From Neovahlkampfia damariscottae (Eukaryota), in the NCBI GenBank assembly GCA_016618085.1, contig JABLTG010000173.1:1-38848 (forward strand): 38,848 nucleotides of DNA, read 5' to 3'. Below the pieces are notes generated by a model. That model saw only the letters and a list, made by a program, of their open reading frames with translations, had not been told where the DNA came from and did no database searches. The translations under genes and the position numbers were made by a program. This document shows positions 10,657 to 22,276 of the stretch, piece after piece (the first letter of the stretch is position 1; each line of letters begins with the position of its first letter).

Positions 10657-10971
10657 GTGTCTTGGTACTGATAGAGCTATAAAAATTGCATCTAGAAATT
10701 TGGATCTCAGGTCCTGCCACAATGGTTGTTTCTCTTTGAGAAAATGTATCTGGTGTCTTTTTTTCGCTTTAATAACTGACAGATTTAATTTCTTTGAATT
10801 GATAAATTCTCAATCAGGCCAATTGAGGAACTTTAATTCAAATTTTTTTTTCTTTTATTTTTGAGTGTGGACAATCAACCTAAAAAAAATGTGAACTCAA
10901 TTTCATTTTTGAAACCTCAAATTTTTTTCTTTTTATTGTCCAGTAGAAATGAAAAAGAATCACACTCAACC

Positions 10972-13049
10972 ATGGAAGAGAAATACTCCAGCAAAAGACT
11001 TCAATCAGATTATTTAGACCTGAAGAAAAAACCTATTACTGGTGTCGCAGCTGAACCTTTGGAGAAAAACATTTACACGTAAAAAAAAAAAAATTAATCA
11101 TTCAAGATGGCATGCAAATATTTTAGGTTCAAAAGGAACGGATTTTGAAGGAGGTGTATTCCATGTTATTTTTAAGTTTCCAAAAAATTATCCAATTTCA
11201 CCACCTTCAGCAAAACTCACAACAACCATCCCTCATTCACATGTTTATGGTTCATGGATTTGCTTAGATATGCTTGAAACCCATGACACAAATGACCGAT
11301 ACTCAGGTTGGTCAAGTGCTTATACTGTTCAAAGCATACTTCTTCAATTACAATCGTTTTTATTCGATGATGAAGATGCTTTTGAAAAGACACCTATTTA
11401 TAGCAAATCAAAAACATCAGAGACATTATCACATGTCTGTATGGGGTGTCCACATAATATGAAACTTAACAGACCATTTCCTTCAATATATTTTCCAAAA
11501 AACAATTTTTCATCATTTCAAGTATCAGACGTAAACGAATTGGAAAATTTAACGAACAACTTTTCACTTGAAACAAAAAACAAACAAAAAATTGAAAAAA
11601 AAGAAAGAGACAAAAAATTACAAATCATTTCAGATGATCTTATCATTCATGGTATTTTACCATTTTTAACAAATGTTGATTTGAAAAATTTCAAAAGTTC
11701 ATCGAATCATATGAATGAATTATCGCTTATTTCAGCATCTTTTCATACTTATTCATCATTTAAACCAATTTGCTTTCACACCAAACTTTCATATGAAGAA
11801 ACAACTCTAGGTGTTGGTATAAATTTACAAATGAATCCATTTTCAAAAAAAGTATTATCTAATTGTTTTAATCCATTTTTAGATTGCTTATGTTTCTTCT
11901 CCTTTGGACCTGATTTCATACAATGCATTCAAAGAACAAAACATCAGAAAATCTGTCTGGAAAGAACCATTCACTCATTTTCTACCTATTTATATCAACG
12001 GAAATCATGCAAATATTGATTTGTTCAAAAAGTGTATTTGCGAATTTTACAACAACAAAAATTTTTATCCAATGGATGGTGTTGAAATTTTAATAAAACT
12101 CCTCAATACTCAAGTTGTCAATATTATGAGTGGAAAGGTTCATAATTCAATCAAAGCATTAGAAGGTTATTTTTATTTCCACAGATGGTTGATTTGGTTA
12201 GTATCAGAATACCCATCACTTCAAGATTTAATCGACGAAAAAATTGAAAAGTTTATTGACAACGAGAGTGATAGAAATAAAGAAAATGTACCAATCATCG
12301 GAGAATTCATTGCACTTTTATCAATAAGCTCAAAAAATTGGTTTGATGTTGCAAATTCATTACTAAGAGAAATTCTCACAAGAAATGTGTTATGGGCATT
12401 AAAAATTCATCCAGAATTACATTTTGATTTAGATGCAAAATTGAGATTAAAATTGTTTTTCGAAACTTCAAAAACAATGCTGAAATTGATTTCTTTTCAT
12501 TTCAATTTTTTAAAATTAGTTAGACCTCAAGGTATCAAATTGACAGATTTGGCTGATGATTATGATTCAAAATTAGGACAACCATCATTTTTATTGCAAG
12601 AAGATTTTCAAAAATCTGTTTTTAGAGTTCAAAAAATTTCAGGATATCAGCAATTCTTCAATGAAATAGAAATTGATTTTGACGAAAAGAATTTCAACCA
12701 AATTTTGAAATGGAGTATCAAAAGAAGTATTCACATGAAATATCACAATTCTTATGGAAAACATGATGTTATCAATTCAATTGATGATATAGTGAAATAT
12801 AATCCTTACAAACCAAAATTTATTTCAAAACAATATAAAAAAAAACCAGGAAATAGTTGGTCACCTTGGAACAACAATATGAATTTTTCAATTTCAAAGT
12901 TGGAAAAATCAATTCCTTCCATCAAAAAAGATCAAAAAGGAAATTTCATTCAAGTGTTGAAAATGCCAAAGATGTCTATTAAGAAATTCCAAAATTCAAC
13001 AAAAGAAATTGTCTCTGTTGATAAAAATTCTAAAGTATCAAAAAAATAA
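10972..13049 (+). CDS. Ubiquitin-conjugating enzyme (E2) fused to an F-box-like motif and a large helical C-terminal domain; 2 introns
   Basis: KRLQSDY..AEPLEKNIYT|WHANILG..FEGGVFH..FPKNYPISPP..HSHVYGSWICLDML (catalytic Cys)..WSSAYTVQSILLQLQSFL; LQIISDDLIIHGILPFL. Introns at 11079-11106 and ~11852-11882. Confidence 0.88.
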
Positions 13050-13266
13050 AGGGTTGTTTGAAAAGTGTTTTATATTCCAATTTGAACAAAGAAGGAATTA
13101 AGCATAAATAAAAAAAAATTGGTAAAGAAATGATGTAAGGTTGTAAGTTACGAAAGTATCTATAAAAGTACTCGACAACTAGTTCTGAAAATGAACTCTC
13201 AGATTTTTTTGAGCATTCATTTTTATCCAATCAAATCGAACCAAAAATCCAGTTCAAAAATACATC

Positions 13267-14802
13267 ATGATGGAAGAACTCATGAAGAAAGAACCAAAGA
13301 AACTCATGAAAGAATTAGAATCAAACCCTTCCATATTGTCGGATCTTTCTTTTGATCATACACAAGGAAGAGAGGTGCATTTCTTTTCAACAATTGTCAA
13401 AACAGAACCTCAGTATTATCCTTACTTTCCAAAGCATGCAAGAATCAATAAATCAATTGTCAAAATATTTGTTCAAGATCAAAAGAACAGCTCATTCATA
13501 AAGGATGAAAATACATTTTTTGTTTTGTTTAATGCTGTAAAATCAGAACTTTCAGTTCAAAAAGAATTCGTATACAACTTGACAGATGAACTGAAAAACT
13601 CAAAAACAATATTCAATTGGCTTGTGAACAAAAATGGTGATTTTCTCCGATACGCCTCAAAAGATCTTAAAAATGACAAAAAAATTGTATTAAGAGCAGT
13701 GAAGAGATCAATGGAATCTTATGAGTTTGCTTCAAAAGAACTTAGAGCTGATCTTGATGTGGCTAATCTTTTTTTATCAGATAAAAAGCATTTTCATTAC
13801 TTTGGGTCTCGTCTTATCAAATTCATGCCAGAATCATTGACATCTGATAAAAATATATTAATAAAAATGTATAAAACAGGTGAACATGACCTCAATCATA
13901 TCAGAAAATTCATCACCAATGAAATGAAGGACGACAAAGAATTTATGATTTTAGTTCTCAAATCAAATGATTTTTTTAATCAAATATCTGATAGATTAAA
14001 GAAAGATAAAGATGTTATAATTGCTGCTTTATCTCATGACTATAAGCATATTAACTCAATTGACATGGAAAACTTTAAAAATGATGAAGATTTCATTTTC
14101 AAAGTTTTGAAACATCATTCAAAGATTATCACAAGAGTGTCGAAAAAATTGATTGAAAATGAAAAATTTATTGAACAAGCATATAAGATCAATGCAAAAA
14201 TTTACAAATTTCTCAGACCAGACGAAGGAATGCTTTTGAAAATCGCAAAATGGAATCCTAAGATATGTCATCATGTTAATGAATCCCAAATTGAAAAATA
14301 TCGTCAAATGTGTAAAAATAGAGATTTTGTGATGGCATGTACCCTAAATTATCGTCATGATGGATATGTTCCATTGTGGTCAATGGATGAAGCGTTAAAA
14401 AGTGATAAAGAAATCATTTTGGCAGGTATCAAACACTCAAGTGATTATTTTTACGGAATGCCCCATGAATATAAACAAGATGAAAAATTCAACAAAAAAT
14501 GTGTTGAAATCAATGCTCATTGGTTTAAATGGTACAAACAAACTCCAATGGAAAATATTGAAAATGACAGGGAAATTGTTTTGAAAGCAATAAAACAAAA
14601 ACCAAAAGTGATCAAATATGTGAAAGAATCAATGAAAAATGACAAAGAAATTGCAATGGAGGCCGTGAAACGATCAAGAGCTGCTTACAAACTTCTTCTA
14701 CTTGACTTAAAATCTGATATCGAAATACAATGGCAAACAAAAAGATATTTCAAACAAATCAAAAAGATCCAAGTATTTGATATTACATTCTCATTCCAAT
14801 AA
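13267..14802 (+). CDS. DUF4116-type helical repeat protein, intronless
   Basis: Repeats LRYASKDLKNDKKIVLRAVK, ISDRLKKDKDVIIAAL, LKSDKEIILAGIK, VKESMKNDKEIAMEAVK. Confidence 0.82.
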   Translation: MMEELMKKEPKKLMKELESNPSILSDLSFDHTQGREVHFFSTIVKTEPQYYPYFPKHARINKSIVKIFVQDQKNSSFIKDENTFFVLFNAVKSELSVQKEFVYNLTDELKNSKTIFNWLVNKNGDFLRYASKDLKNDKKIVLRAVKRSMESYEFASKELRADLDVANLFLSDKKHFHYFGSRLIKFMPESLTSDKNILIKMYKTGEHDLNHIRKFITNEMKDDKEFMILVLKSNDFFNQISDRLKKDKDVIIAALSHDYKHINSIDMENFKNDEDFIFKVLKHHSKIITRVSKKLIENEKFIEQAYKINAKIYKFLRPDEGMLLKIAKWNPKICHHVNESQIEKYRQMCKNRDFVMACTLNYRHDGYVPLWSMDEALKSDKEIILAGIKHSSDYFYGMPHEYKQDEKFNKKCVEINAHWFKWYKQTPMENIENDREIVLKAIKQKPKVIKYVKESMKNDKEIAMEAVKRSRAAYKLLLLDLKSDIEIQWQTKRYFKQIKKIQVFDITFSFQ

Positions 14803-14861
14803 ATTTATTTTTAGAAACTACATTCACCAATCAAAAATACTTCCTTCTTCACTTTTTCTGA

Positions 14862-17678
14862 ATGGTGTTAACAAAGAAACAAAAAAAACTTCTTGCTAAC
14901 CAATATGCTAGTAGTTTAAAAGAGCTCAATAATATGGGTTTTACTAATAAAACTCAAAACCTCACAGCTCTACAAGCAAACTCAGGGGATTTAAACAACG
15001 CTGTAAATTGGATACTCTCAAACCCGATGGATAACGATGAATCATCTTCAGAAGAAGAAGAAGAAGAACTTATTTTTTTTAAAAGTTCATCAACAAAGTC
15101 AAACCTTGAAGTACCTGAACCAGAATTCCAAGACGAAGTTTGGTACGTTAATAAAGAGGTGAAAAAACTTCAATCACTTGATTTTGAACATCATGACAAT
15201 ATGGTTTTATATGACGGAAAATTGATATTCTTTGGAGCTAAAAACGAAATTGTTGAATTCGACCTTGAAAAACAAAAATGTGAACAAATTAAAATTGAGT
15301 TCGAAGGAAAAACAGGTGGAAATTATGCTCAATTGAATGGTAAATTATATTTTTATGGTGGAGAGTCAGTCTTTTTTTTTCTAAGTTTTTTTTAAAGAAA
15401 TTCAAAAAATGAATTTTTAGAATATGACATTAAAACACATAAAATGACAAGTTTATCTTCATCTGGTTTACCTGCGCTTCATCATCATGTAATGTGTGGG
15501 TATGAAGGAAAAGTTTATGTTTTTGGTGGAATAAAAGTAGATGGATTGAAATCAAAAGAATTATTTAGTTATGATATTCAAGCAGACAAATGGAATAAAA
15601 TCGAAGTTTTTGGTGATCAACTTGGTGATTTATCATCACCACAAATGATTGGAATTTCAAAAAAACTTATTATTCATGGTGGTTTGGATTCATTCAATCA
15701 AAGAAAAACAGAAATTTATCAAATAGATTTACTTTCCAATGTTTCAAAGAAAATAACAACAAAAACTTCAGTTGAAAAATATGATGGAAAGTTGATTAAA
15801 ATTGATGAAGACACTTTATTACTTTTTGGTGGTTTTGAAAAATTTGGTGGATTCTCAGATGAAATGTGGTCTTATGATATGGAAAAACAAAATTTCTTCA
15901 AACTTGTTTATGAAAATTCACCAAAATTTAACAAAGCATATTTAGTTTATGATGAACAAAAAAATCAATTATTGACAACTCAAAAATCAAATTTATTTTA
16001 CAACAATCTCCCAAGAAAAGGTGTTTTTCATTTTTATCTCAATCCAGAATTTAGCGATATGAATATTGTTGTGAAAAAGGATTTGAAAATTCCAGCTCAT
16101 AAAGCTGTCATTTCACAATCAAGATTCTTCTTTGAAAAATTGAAAACAGAAAATGAAATTGATTGGACATCATATGATCCTTCAATTTCACTCAAAGTAT
16201 TAAAATATCTTTATGGAAAGAAAATTATATTAGAAAGTGATCAAATTATACCTGTCATTTATTTTGCAAGAGATTTTGAAATCCCTCATCTTGAAATTCA
16301 TTGTGTTGCTCAATTATCAACTTTACTTCCAGATGGAATTTTAACAGTTTTAAGTCAAAATGAAGATTATATTAGAAATGTCAAAAAACAAAGATTTCTT
16401 GTTGGAGATTACTTAAAAACTTGGTGTTTGGAATACTATCAAAAAAATTTAGAAGAATTTGATTCAAAGAAAATGTGGGACCAAATTCAAAAATTTGATG
16501 ATGATTTAAAAATTGAAATGATAACATTACCATCATTAGAAGATAATGAAACTATCATTCCAAAAGATGGTTTGAGAATTGATCAACTTTTTAATCATTT
16601 AAAAAATTTATCAAAAAATAAGGAGTTTTGTGATTTCAATTTGAAATGTGATGATTTATCACTTGCTTCACATAAAATTGTTTTTTGTGATGTTCCTTAT
16701 TTTTCATCAAAATTATCAAATTCAAATGAAGTTCAATTTAATGATGAATCAACAAGTACGGTTAAATTATTTCATCAATTATCATATGATCCTTCAATTG
16801 ATATTGAAGATAAATTAATTTACATTGCCAAGTTCTCTGATAAGTATGATTTGAAATTGAACACTGCTTCATTTACACCTGTTACTTTTAGTACTCTCGG
16901 AGCAGTTGGATCTTATGGACCAACTTCCACCAATGGATATTCTGGAACATCATTGGAAGGTTTAGTAACTCTAAAAGAAGGTATTCAATTATGGAGAGTA
17001 CCTAAAACCAGAAATTACACAATAACAGCTGGAGGAGCATGTGGTGGAACAGGAGATCGTAGCGCTCCTGAACCTGGTAGAGGCTTTACAGTTTCAGGTG
17101 AATTCAAATTGTGTGCAGGTACTATTTTACATATTGTTGTTGGACAACACGGTGGATCAGGAATTAAAACATCCAATTCAGCTGGAGGTGGAGGTGGTGC
17201 ATCATGGGTAGTTGAAGAAGGTATAACTCCATTGATTGTTGGTTCAGGAGGTCATGGAGACAATTGGAGAAGTTGGAACACAGATGGTGTGAATGGACTT
17301 GGTCTTCAGAAATCCAATCCAGATCCACTTTCAACGAAAGGTGGAAATTTAGGATCAAGTGGAAGAGCTGGAGGTGGTGGTTCTTTTAATGAAGGTGGTC
17401 AACATTTCAGTAATGGACAATCAGGTGGATCTTCTTTTATGAGTGGATGCAAAGGTGGTAATCAAGTTGTTTCTGGATGTTTAGGTGGTTTTGGTGGTGG
17501 TGGTGGTGCTCAATATGAAGGAGGTGGTGGTGGTGGATACATGGGTGGATCAATATGTGATTGCAATGCTTATAACAAAACATTTACAAACAGAGGTGCA
17601 ACTTCTTATTGTAGTGGTATGAATGGAAAAGATATTGGATTGAATGATTTGGATGATGGCTTTGTCATTATCGAATAA
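14862..17678 (+). CDS. UBA + Kelch + tandem BTB + ALK/LTK-type glycine-rich domain protein; intron 15365-15397
   Basis: LNNMGF...NAVNWIL (UBA); VYVFGG, LLLFGG (Kelch); FSDMNIVV..AHKAVI..LKYLY and FCDFNL..SHKIV (BTB); GPT..Y..GIQLWRVP..YTITAGGACGG and poly-Gly tracts ending DGFVII. Confidence 0.87.
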
Positions 17679-17771
17679 ATTTTTTCTTATTTTTCGATCA
17701 ATTTCTCCACAAGCTCAAAGATTGTATTATTCACATTGGTTCAATTTTGAAAAGATTAAAAATTTTATTTT

Positions 17772-19209
17772 TTATAACATAACTAAACCAAGATCACTTG
17801 ATTGAACTTCAGGAGTTTTATAATTATAAAAATAATAATAAAGGTTTCCATCACCTCCACCAAATTTCAAATCTTCAATGAATGATTTATTATCTAAAAT
17901 ATCAAGACAATTAAAAACATCAAAATCTTCTTTTTTAGCTTCAATTAAACCTTCAGAAACTAATTCAGTCAGAGTATGAGTTGTATTAAAATAATAGTAT
18001 AAATAAGCTGCTTTCAAAATTTTGTGAGTTTTATGATTAATAATTGAAGAAGGAATATTATACCATGAAATGAAATCTGTAATTTTTTTAGTTTCTGGAT
18101 CTTCAACGACATATGAATAAACAACACCGTCTCTTGGTTTAACTAAATGACCCATTTCTTTTTGAGTAAATAATGGAGCAACTTGGAATTTTGTCAAAAA
18201 TGTGCTCACTCCTTCATAAATTTGAGGAATATCTTTTGATGTTGTTTTACGAAATCCTTTGATTTGATGTTCAGTTGGTAATTGATATAATTTGTCCAAC
18301 ATTTTCAATGGATTTGAAAAAGTTTGAAATCTTTTTGGAACTCTTGTAAAACCAACATCAATTAATTTTCTATAATTCAATGAACTTTTTGAACTTTTTT
18401 AATTTTTTTTTTTTTTTTTGACTTACCGATGATAATATCTTGTTACAGAAAATGGTTTTGGAATTAAAATACCAGCTGTATAGACTGCTTGCCAAATATT
18501 TTCAACATTGACTCTTCTTGTAATTTCTTGAATTAAAAGTGGCGCCAATCTTTTTGAACGTAATTTTTTATGAACGCATAAGAAATTAATTTCAACTGTT
18601 TCAAGTTGTTTCTTTTTTGTTGAGTTTTGAACTTTGATTTGAAATTTTGCAGGTACAGCAGAAATAAAAGCAACAAATTTTTTTGTTGATTTTGTTCGAA
18701 CTGAAACATGCCATGATCTTTTCCACTTTGGTGGTGTAAGTGCCCATCTTAAAAATGAAACTGGATACGCAAATCTAAACATGGCTTCATCATCCTCAAC
18801 ATAATTGTTTTCTAAAAGATCAAAAATTTGTTGCATTTCAGTATCATCATTCACATCAATTTCATACCATTCAAAAGCATCTGGTAGATTATATGGTTCT
18901 TTGGAAATTTCATCTAATGTTTTTTTTTCGATTGGTTCAAAATCTTCCGTTGTTTCAGCTGTTTTTTTTTTTAGTTTTCTTTTTTTTTTTTTTACAAATT
19001 TTTAAAACTGGTTGATTGTGCCAAAATTGATGGTCTTGATTAACAATGTCTTCTGAGAGTTTTTCAAAGTAAGATTTTTCTTTTTTTTCTTCAATTTGTA
19101 AGTTTTCGACTTCTTTGGTGATTGTTTCTTCAGGTTTTTCTTCTGCTTCTGGTTTTTGTTTTTTCTTTTTTTCTTTCCTCGGTTTTTTAACTTCTTCGTT
19201 TGAACTCAT
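17772..19209 (-). CDS. NMT1: Glycylpeptide N-myristoyltransferase; 2 introns
   Basis: HQFWHNQPV, NYVEDDEAMFRFAY, EINFLCVHKKLRSKRLAPLLIQEITRRVN, FDVFN, KFGGGDGNLYYY, C-terminal GLVML. Confidence 0.97.
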
Positions 19210-19266
19210 TTTGATTGGAGCGGAAATTAACGACCAATCAAAAACTAATCGTTACAAAAAAGAAAA

Positions 19267-20343
19267 ATGAGCGAACTTTGTAGTTTCTTCATGAATGGAA
19301 AATGTAAAAAGAAAGAAAAATGTAAATTTATTCATGATAATACACTTTGTTCTCAATTTTATCAGAGTGGAAAATGTGAAAAAGAAAGTTGTTCAAAGAA
19401 GCATGTATTAAAAGAAATTTATTCGCAATTAATTTCTGGAACTCAAAAAAATACACAAAAAAATGATGAAATTTCATCTGTAGATGGCATTGAAACTGGT
19501 GATATTAAAATAGTTAAAACAAAAAAAAAACTTGAAATGGTTTCACCAAAAAATCAAAAAAAAGAAAATTCAAAAAAGGAAACTCCTATCGAAAACTCAG
19601 AAAAAATCGAAAAGAAAAAAGAAAACAACAAAAAAAAACCAAAAAAAAAAGTTAAAAATACAGAATCATTTGATCCAAATGAAAGTCAATCCAATCCTCA
19701 TTTAAGAATAATGATGGCTTCATCAACATCAAAGTACAAAAGAAAACATTCTACAAGAGATGTTGTTGTTCATCCAAATTTATTTTGTGAAGAAGATGAT
19801 TTAACAATTTACAAATCATTGTTGAAAGAAATCGAACAATCAAAATTAGAAAATGTTTGGAAGTCATGGCATGGGGATTCACATCAAATCGTAAATGACA
19901 GATTAGGTTGGAAAAAACATTCTCCAACATTCCAAAAAGTTATTGAAAAAATTGAAGATTATTTTGGAATGAAAATAAACGCTACAAGATTAAATTGGTA
20001 CAAAGACAGCTCAGAGTGGAAACCATTTCATCATGATTCTGCTGCTGTTAAAAAAGAAATTGCCAAAATTCAAAATTTTACTGTCGGAGTTTCCTTTGGA
20101 CAAGAAAGAGATATTTCATTGGAACATGTGAAAGCAAAAACAAAAGTTTCTATTCCTCTTTTAAATGGACATACTTATTCATTTGCACAAAAAATTAATA
20201 CAGAATGGAAGCATGGTGTTCCTCAAATGGCCAAAAAACCAGAAAACGATATCGGAAGAATATCAATCATAGCTTGGGGTTGGGTAGATCAAGAAGACTT
20301 ATTGGAACAATACTCTAAAAACGATAGCTTGGAAAAAAAATAA
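19267..20343 (+). CDS. Tandem CCCH zinc fingers + AlkB-like 2OG-Fe(II) dioxygenase
   Basis: C-x7-C-x5-C-x3-H fingers at the N-terminus; RLNWY..KPFHHDS (HxD), VSFG..R, WKHGVP, RISI. Confidence 0.85.
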   Translation: MSELCSFFMNGKCKKKEKCKFIHDNTLCSQFYQSGKCEKESCSKKHVLKEIYSQLISGTQKNTQKNDEISSVDGIETGDIKIVKTKKKLEMVSPKNQKKENSKKETPIENSEKIEKKKENNKKKPKKKVKNTESFDPNESQSNPHLRIMMASSTSKYKRKHSTRDVVVHPNLFCEEDDLTIYKSLLKEIEQSKLENVWKSWHGDSHQIVNDRLGWKKHSPTFQKVIEKIEDYFGMKINATRLNWYKDSSEWKPFHHDSAAVKKEIAKIQNFTVGVSFGQERDISLEHVKAKTKVSIPLLNGHTYSFAQKINTEWKHGVPQMAKKPENDIGRISIIAWGWVDQEDLLEQYSKNDSLEKK

Positions 20344-20413
20344 AAATAAAGTATCAATTTTCCACCAATCATTTTCTTTTGTTCGTTAAAAAAAACAAAG
20401 ACAAAAAGACATC

Positions 20414-20848
20414 ATGAAAAAAATATTCATTTCCACATCATGTGCTCTTGACCATCCAGGATTGAATCCAGAAACAAAATCATTTCAAAAACAACGAGAA
20501 AAATATCGTAGAAGATCTTTGGGTGAAGTGGAAGAATTTGAAAAAAGAAAAAGTTTAGAACAAGAAACAGATGAAGAAATCAATGAGAAATTTGATTCAA
20601 TTGTACATAAAATGATGAAAAAAAAAAGAAATAGTTTTTACCTGTCAGATGTCAAAATTATAGAAACAGACAATACTACTTCAAATAGTGAATTTGAATT
20701 GAATTTTAAACCTGGTTCATCAAGTAGTAATTTAATGAAAACTGATGTGAGCTTTTCAACAGAATCATCTCAGGAAGTTGATCACCCAACGATAATGAGG
20801 TATTTTGGTGATTCAGTGCTGGAAAACACAACCACAACAATTCAATGA
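20414..20848 (+). CDS. Orphan family paralogue 1 (DHPxI(M/L)(R/K)YF motif)
   Basis: Intronless ORF, CCAATCA at 20365; motifs RRRS, LSDVKIIET, DHPTIMRYF. Confidence 0.75.
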   Translation: MKKIFISTSCALDHPGLNPETKSFQKQREKYRRRSLGEVEEFEKRKSLEQETDEEINEKFDSIVHKMMKKKRNSFYLSDVKIIETDNTTSNSEFELNFKPGSSSSNLMKTDVSFSTESSQEVDHPTIMRYFGDSVLENTTTTIQ

Positions 20849-20986
20849 GAATACAATGGAAATTATAAAGAATTAAAAATTAATTAAATAAAAAAATTAC
20901 TGTACGTTTATAGAAAACTACTTAATCGAGGAAATCTTTGGCTCAATTTTTGATTGGTTGGGAAAATTGACAAATCAAGTTAAATC

Positions 20987-21433
20987 ATGAAAGGTGTTGC
21001 AAAACTGGCAGTTCAGATGGTTTCGTTTTTCAGTTGTGTATGTGAGTCTACGAATCAGGACCTACTAAACGAAAGGAGAAATACAAATGACAGAAGAACA
21101 TCAACTTTGGAAAAACAACCAGAAAACGAAAACGACAAAAAAGATCCCTGCACAATACTTAAATCTGAGAGTTTAGATTCTTTAGTCCATCACCTAAACT
21201 TGGAAATGTTGGAAAAGAAGCAAAATGAAAGAACAAAAGACGAAAATTTGTTTTCTGATATTACTTTAGTTCAAACTAATACTGAGCGTACAAACGAAAA
21301 TAAAACAGACAGAACTTCGTATAATAGATCAAGTAGTAGTTCAAAAGAAAATTTGACACTCGATTTTGACGATCATCCATATATATTGCGCTATTTTAGT
21401 CAATCAAACAGAGAAATCACGACAGTCAATTAA
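20987..21433 (+). CDS. Orphan family paralogue 2
   Basis: TGATTGG at 20951; motifs ERRNT, FSDITLVQT, DDHPYILRYFSQSNREIT. Confidence 0.78.
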   Translation: MKGVAKLAVQMVSFFSCVCESTNQDLLNERRNTNDRRTSTLEKQPENENDKKDPCTILKSESLDSLVHHLNLEMLEKKQNERTKDENLFSDITLVQTNTERTNENKTDRTSYNRSSSSSKENLTLDFDDHPYILRYFSQSNREITTVN

Positions 21434-22276
21434 AAAAAAAAGAGACATTTTTGTATTTGTATTGTTGTTATTTTCTAATTTTTAACTATCTTCTTGAAAA
21501 AATAAAATTCTTGTGAACCTTCTGCAGTCTTGTATTTAGAATGAATAACAGTGGTTTTTCAGAACCATTTAAAATTTTATTTTTTTTTGGACGTGAAGAT
21601 AACCAAGAGTATGGCATATTCACGCAGGTTTCTTTGAAACCTTGAACAGTGGGTTTAAGAATAACGATTTTGGAATAAATGTATTTCTAAGATTGTTGAG
21701 AATTATGAAATAGTTCACCTACACTTATTCTCTTCCCTTCTAAGTTTAAGTTGAAAAAAAATTTGGTTTTGGTATTTGAGACTTCAAAGTAATTTTTTGA
21801 AATTCATTTGATGATGGTAAAATGTATTTCAAACATGTCAACAAGTAGTGAAGTATCGGTAAATTAAACATTAACTCCTTCAAACTGACAGAAATTCAAA
21901 AAAATAGTTCAAATGAAAAAAATTAATTTATGAAAGATCTGTTGTCCAAAAAACAATTCAAATCTTATTTTTCGTGAGTTTTAACTACCTCCACGAAAAG
22001 ATGAAAGAATAATAACATTAATTTAGCTGTTGGATTATTTCAAGTCCCTCATATAGTTGTAATGCATAAAAATGACAAATCAAGCAAATGTGATGGAAAC
22101 AAATAAGAACTATAAATAGCCAAAATCGCTCGCTACAAATTGAGACGATTAATTCCGCAGTTCCACTTCTGTGGTTCTAAACATCAATTTCACAAAGTGT
22201 TGTATAAATTGGGATATCAAACTACCAAGGAGCAGTATTTAATTGGTCAATCAATAACTTCAACAACAGAAAAAAA

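Noticed and set aside
10526..10720. 64-aa ORF
   Set aside because: It reads through the tRNA-Ala gene; spurious.
17480..17540. (GGT)n tracts as a microsatellite or telomere-like repeat
   Set aside because: They encode the poly-Gly runs of the glycine-rich domain.
21809..21888. TGATGA...CTGA spaced like a C/D-box snoRNA
   Set aside because: No convincing terminal stem and no rRNA-complementary guide I could identify; such short boxes are frequent in AT-rich DNA.
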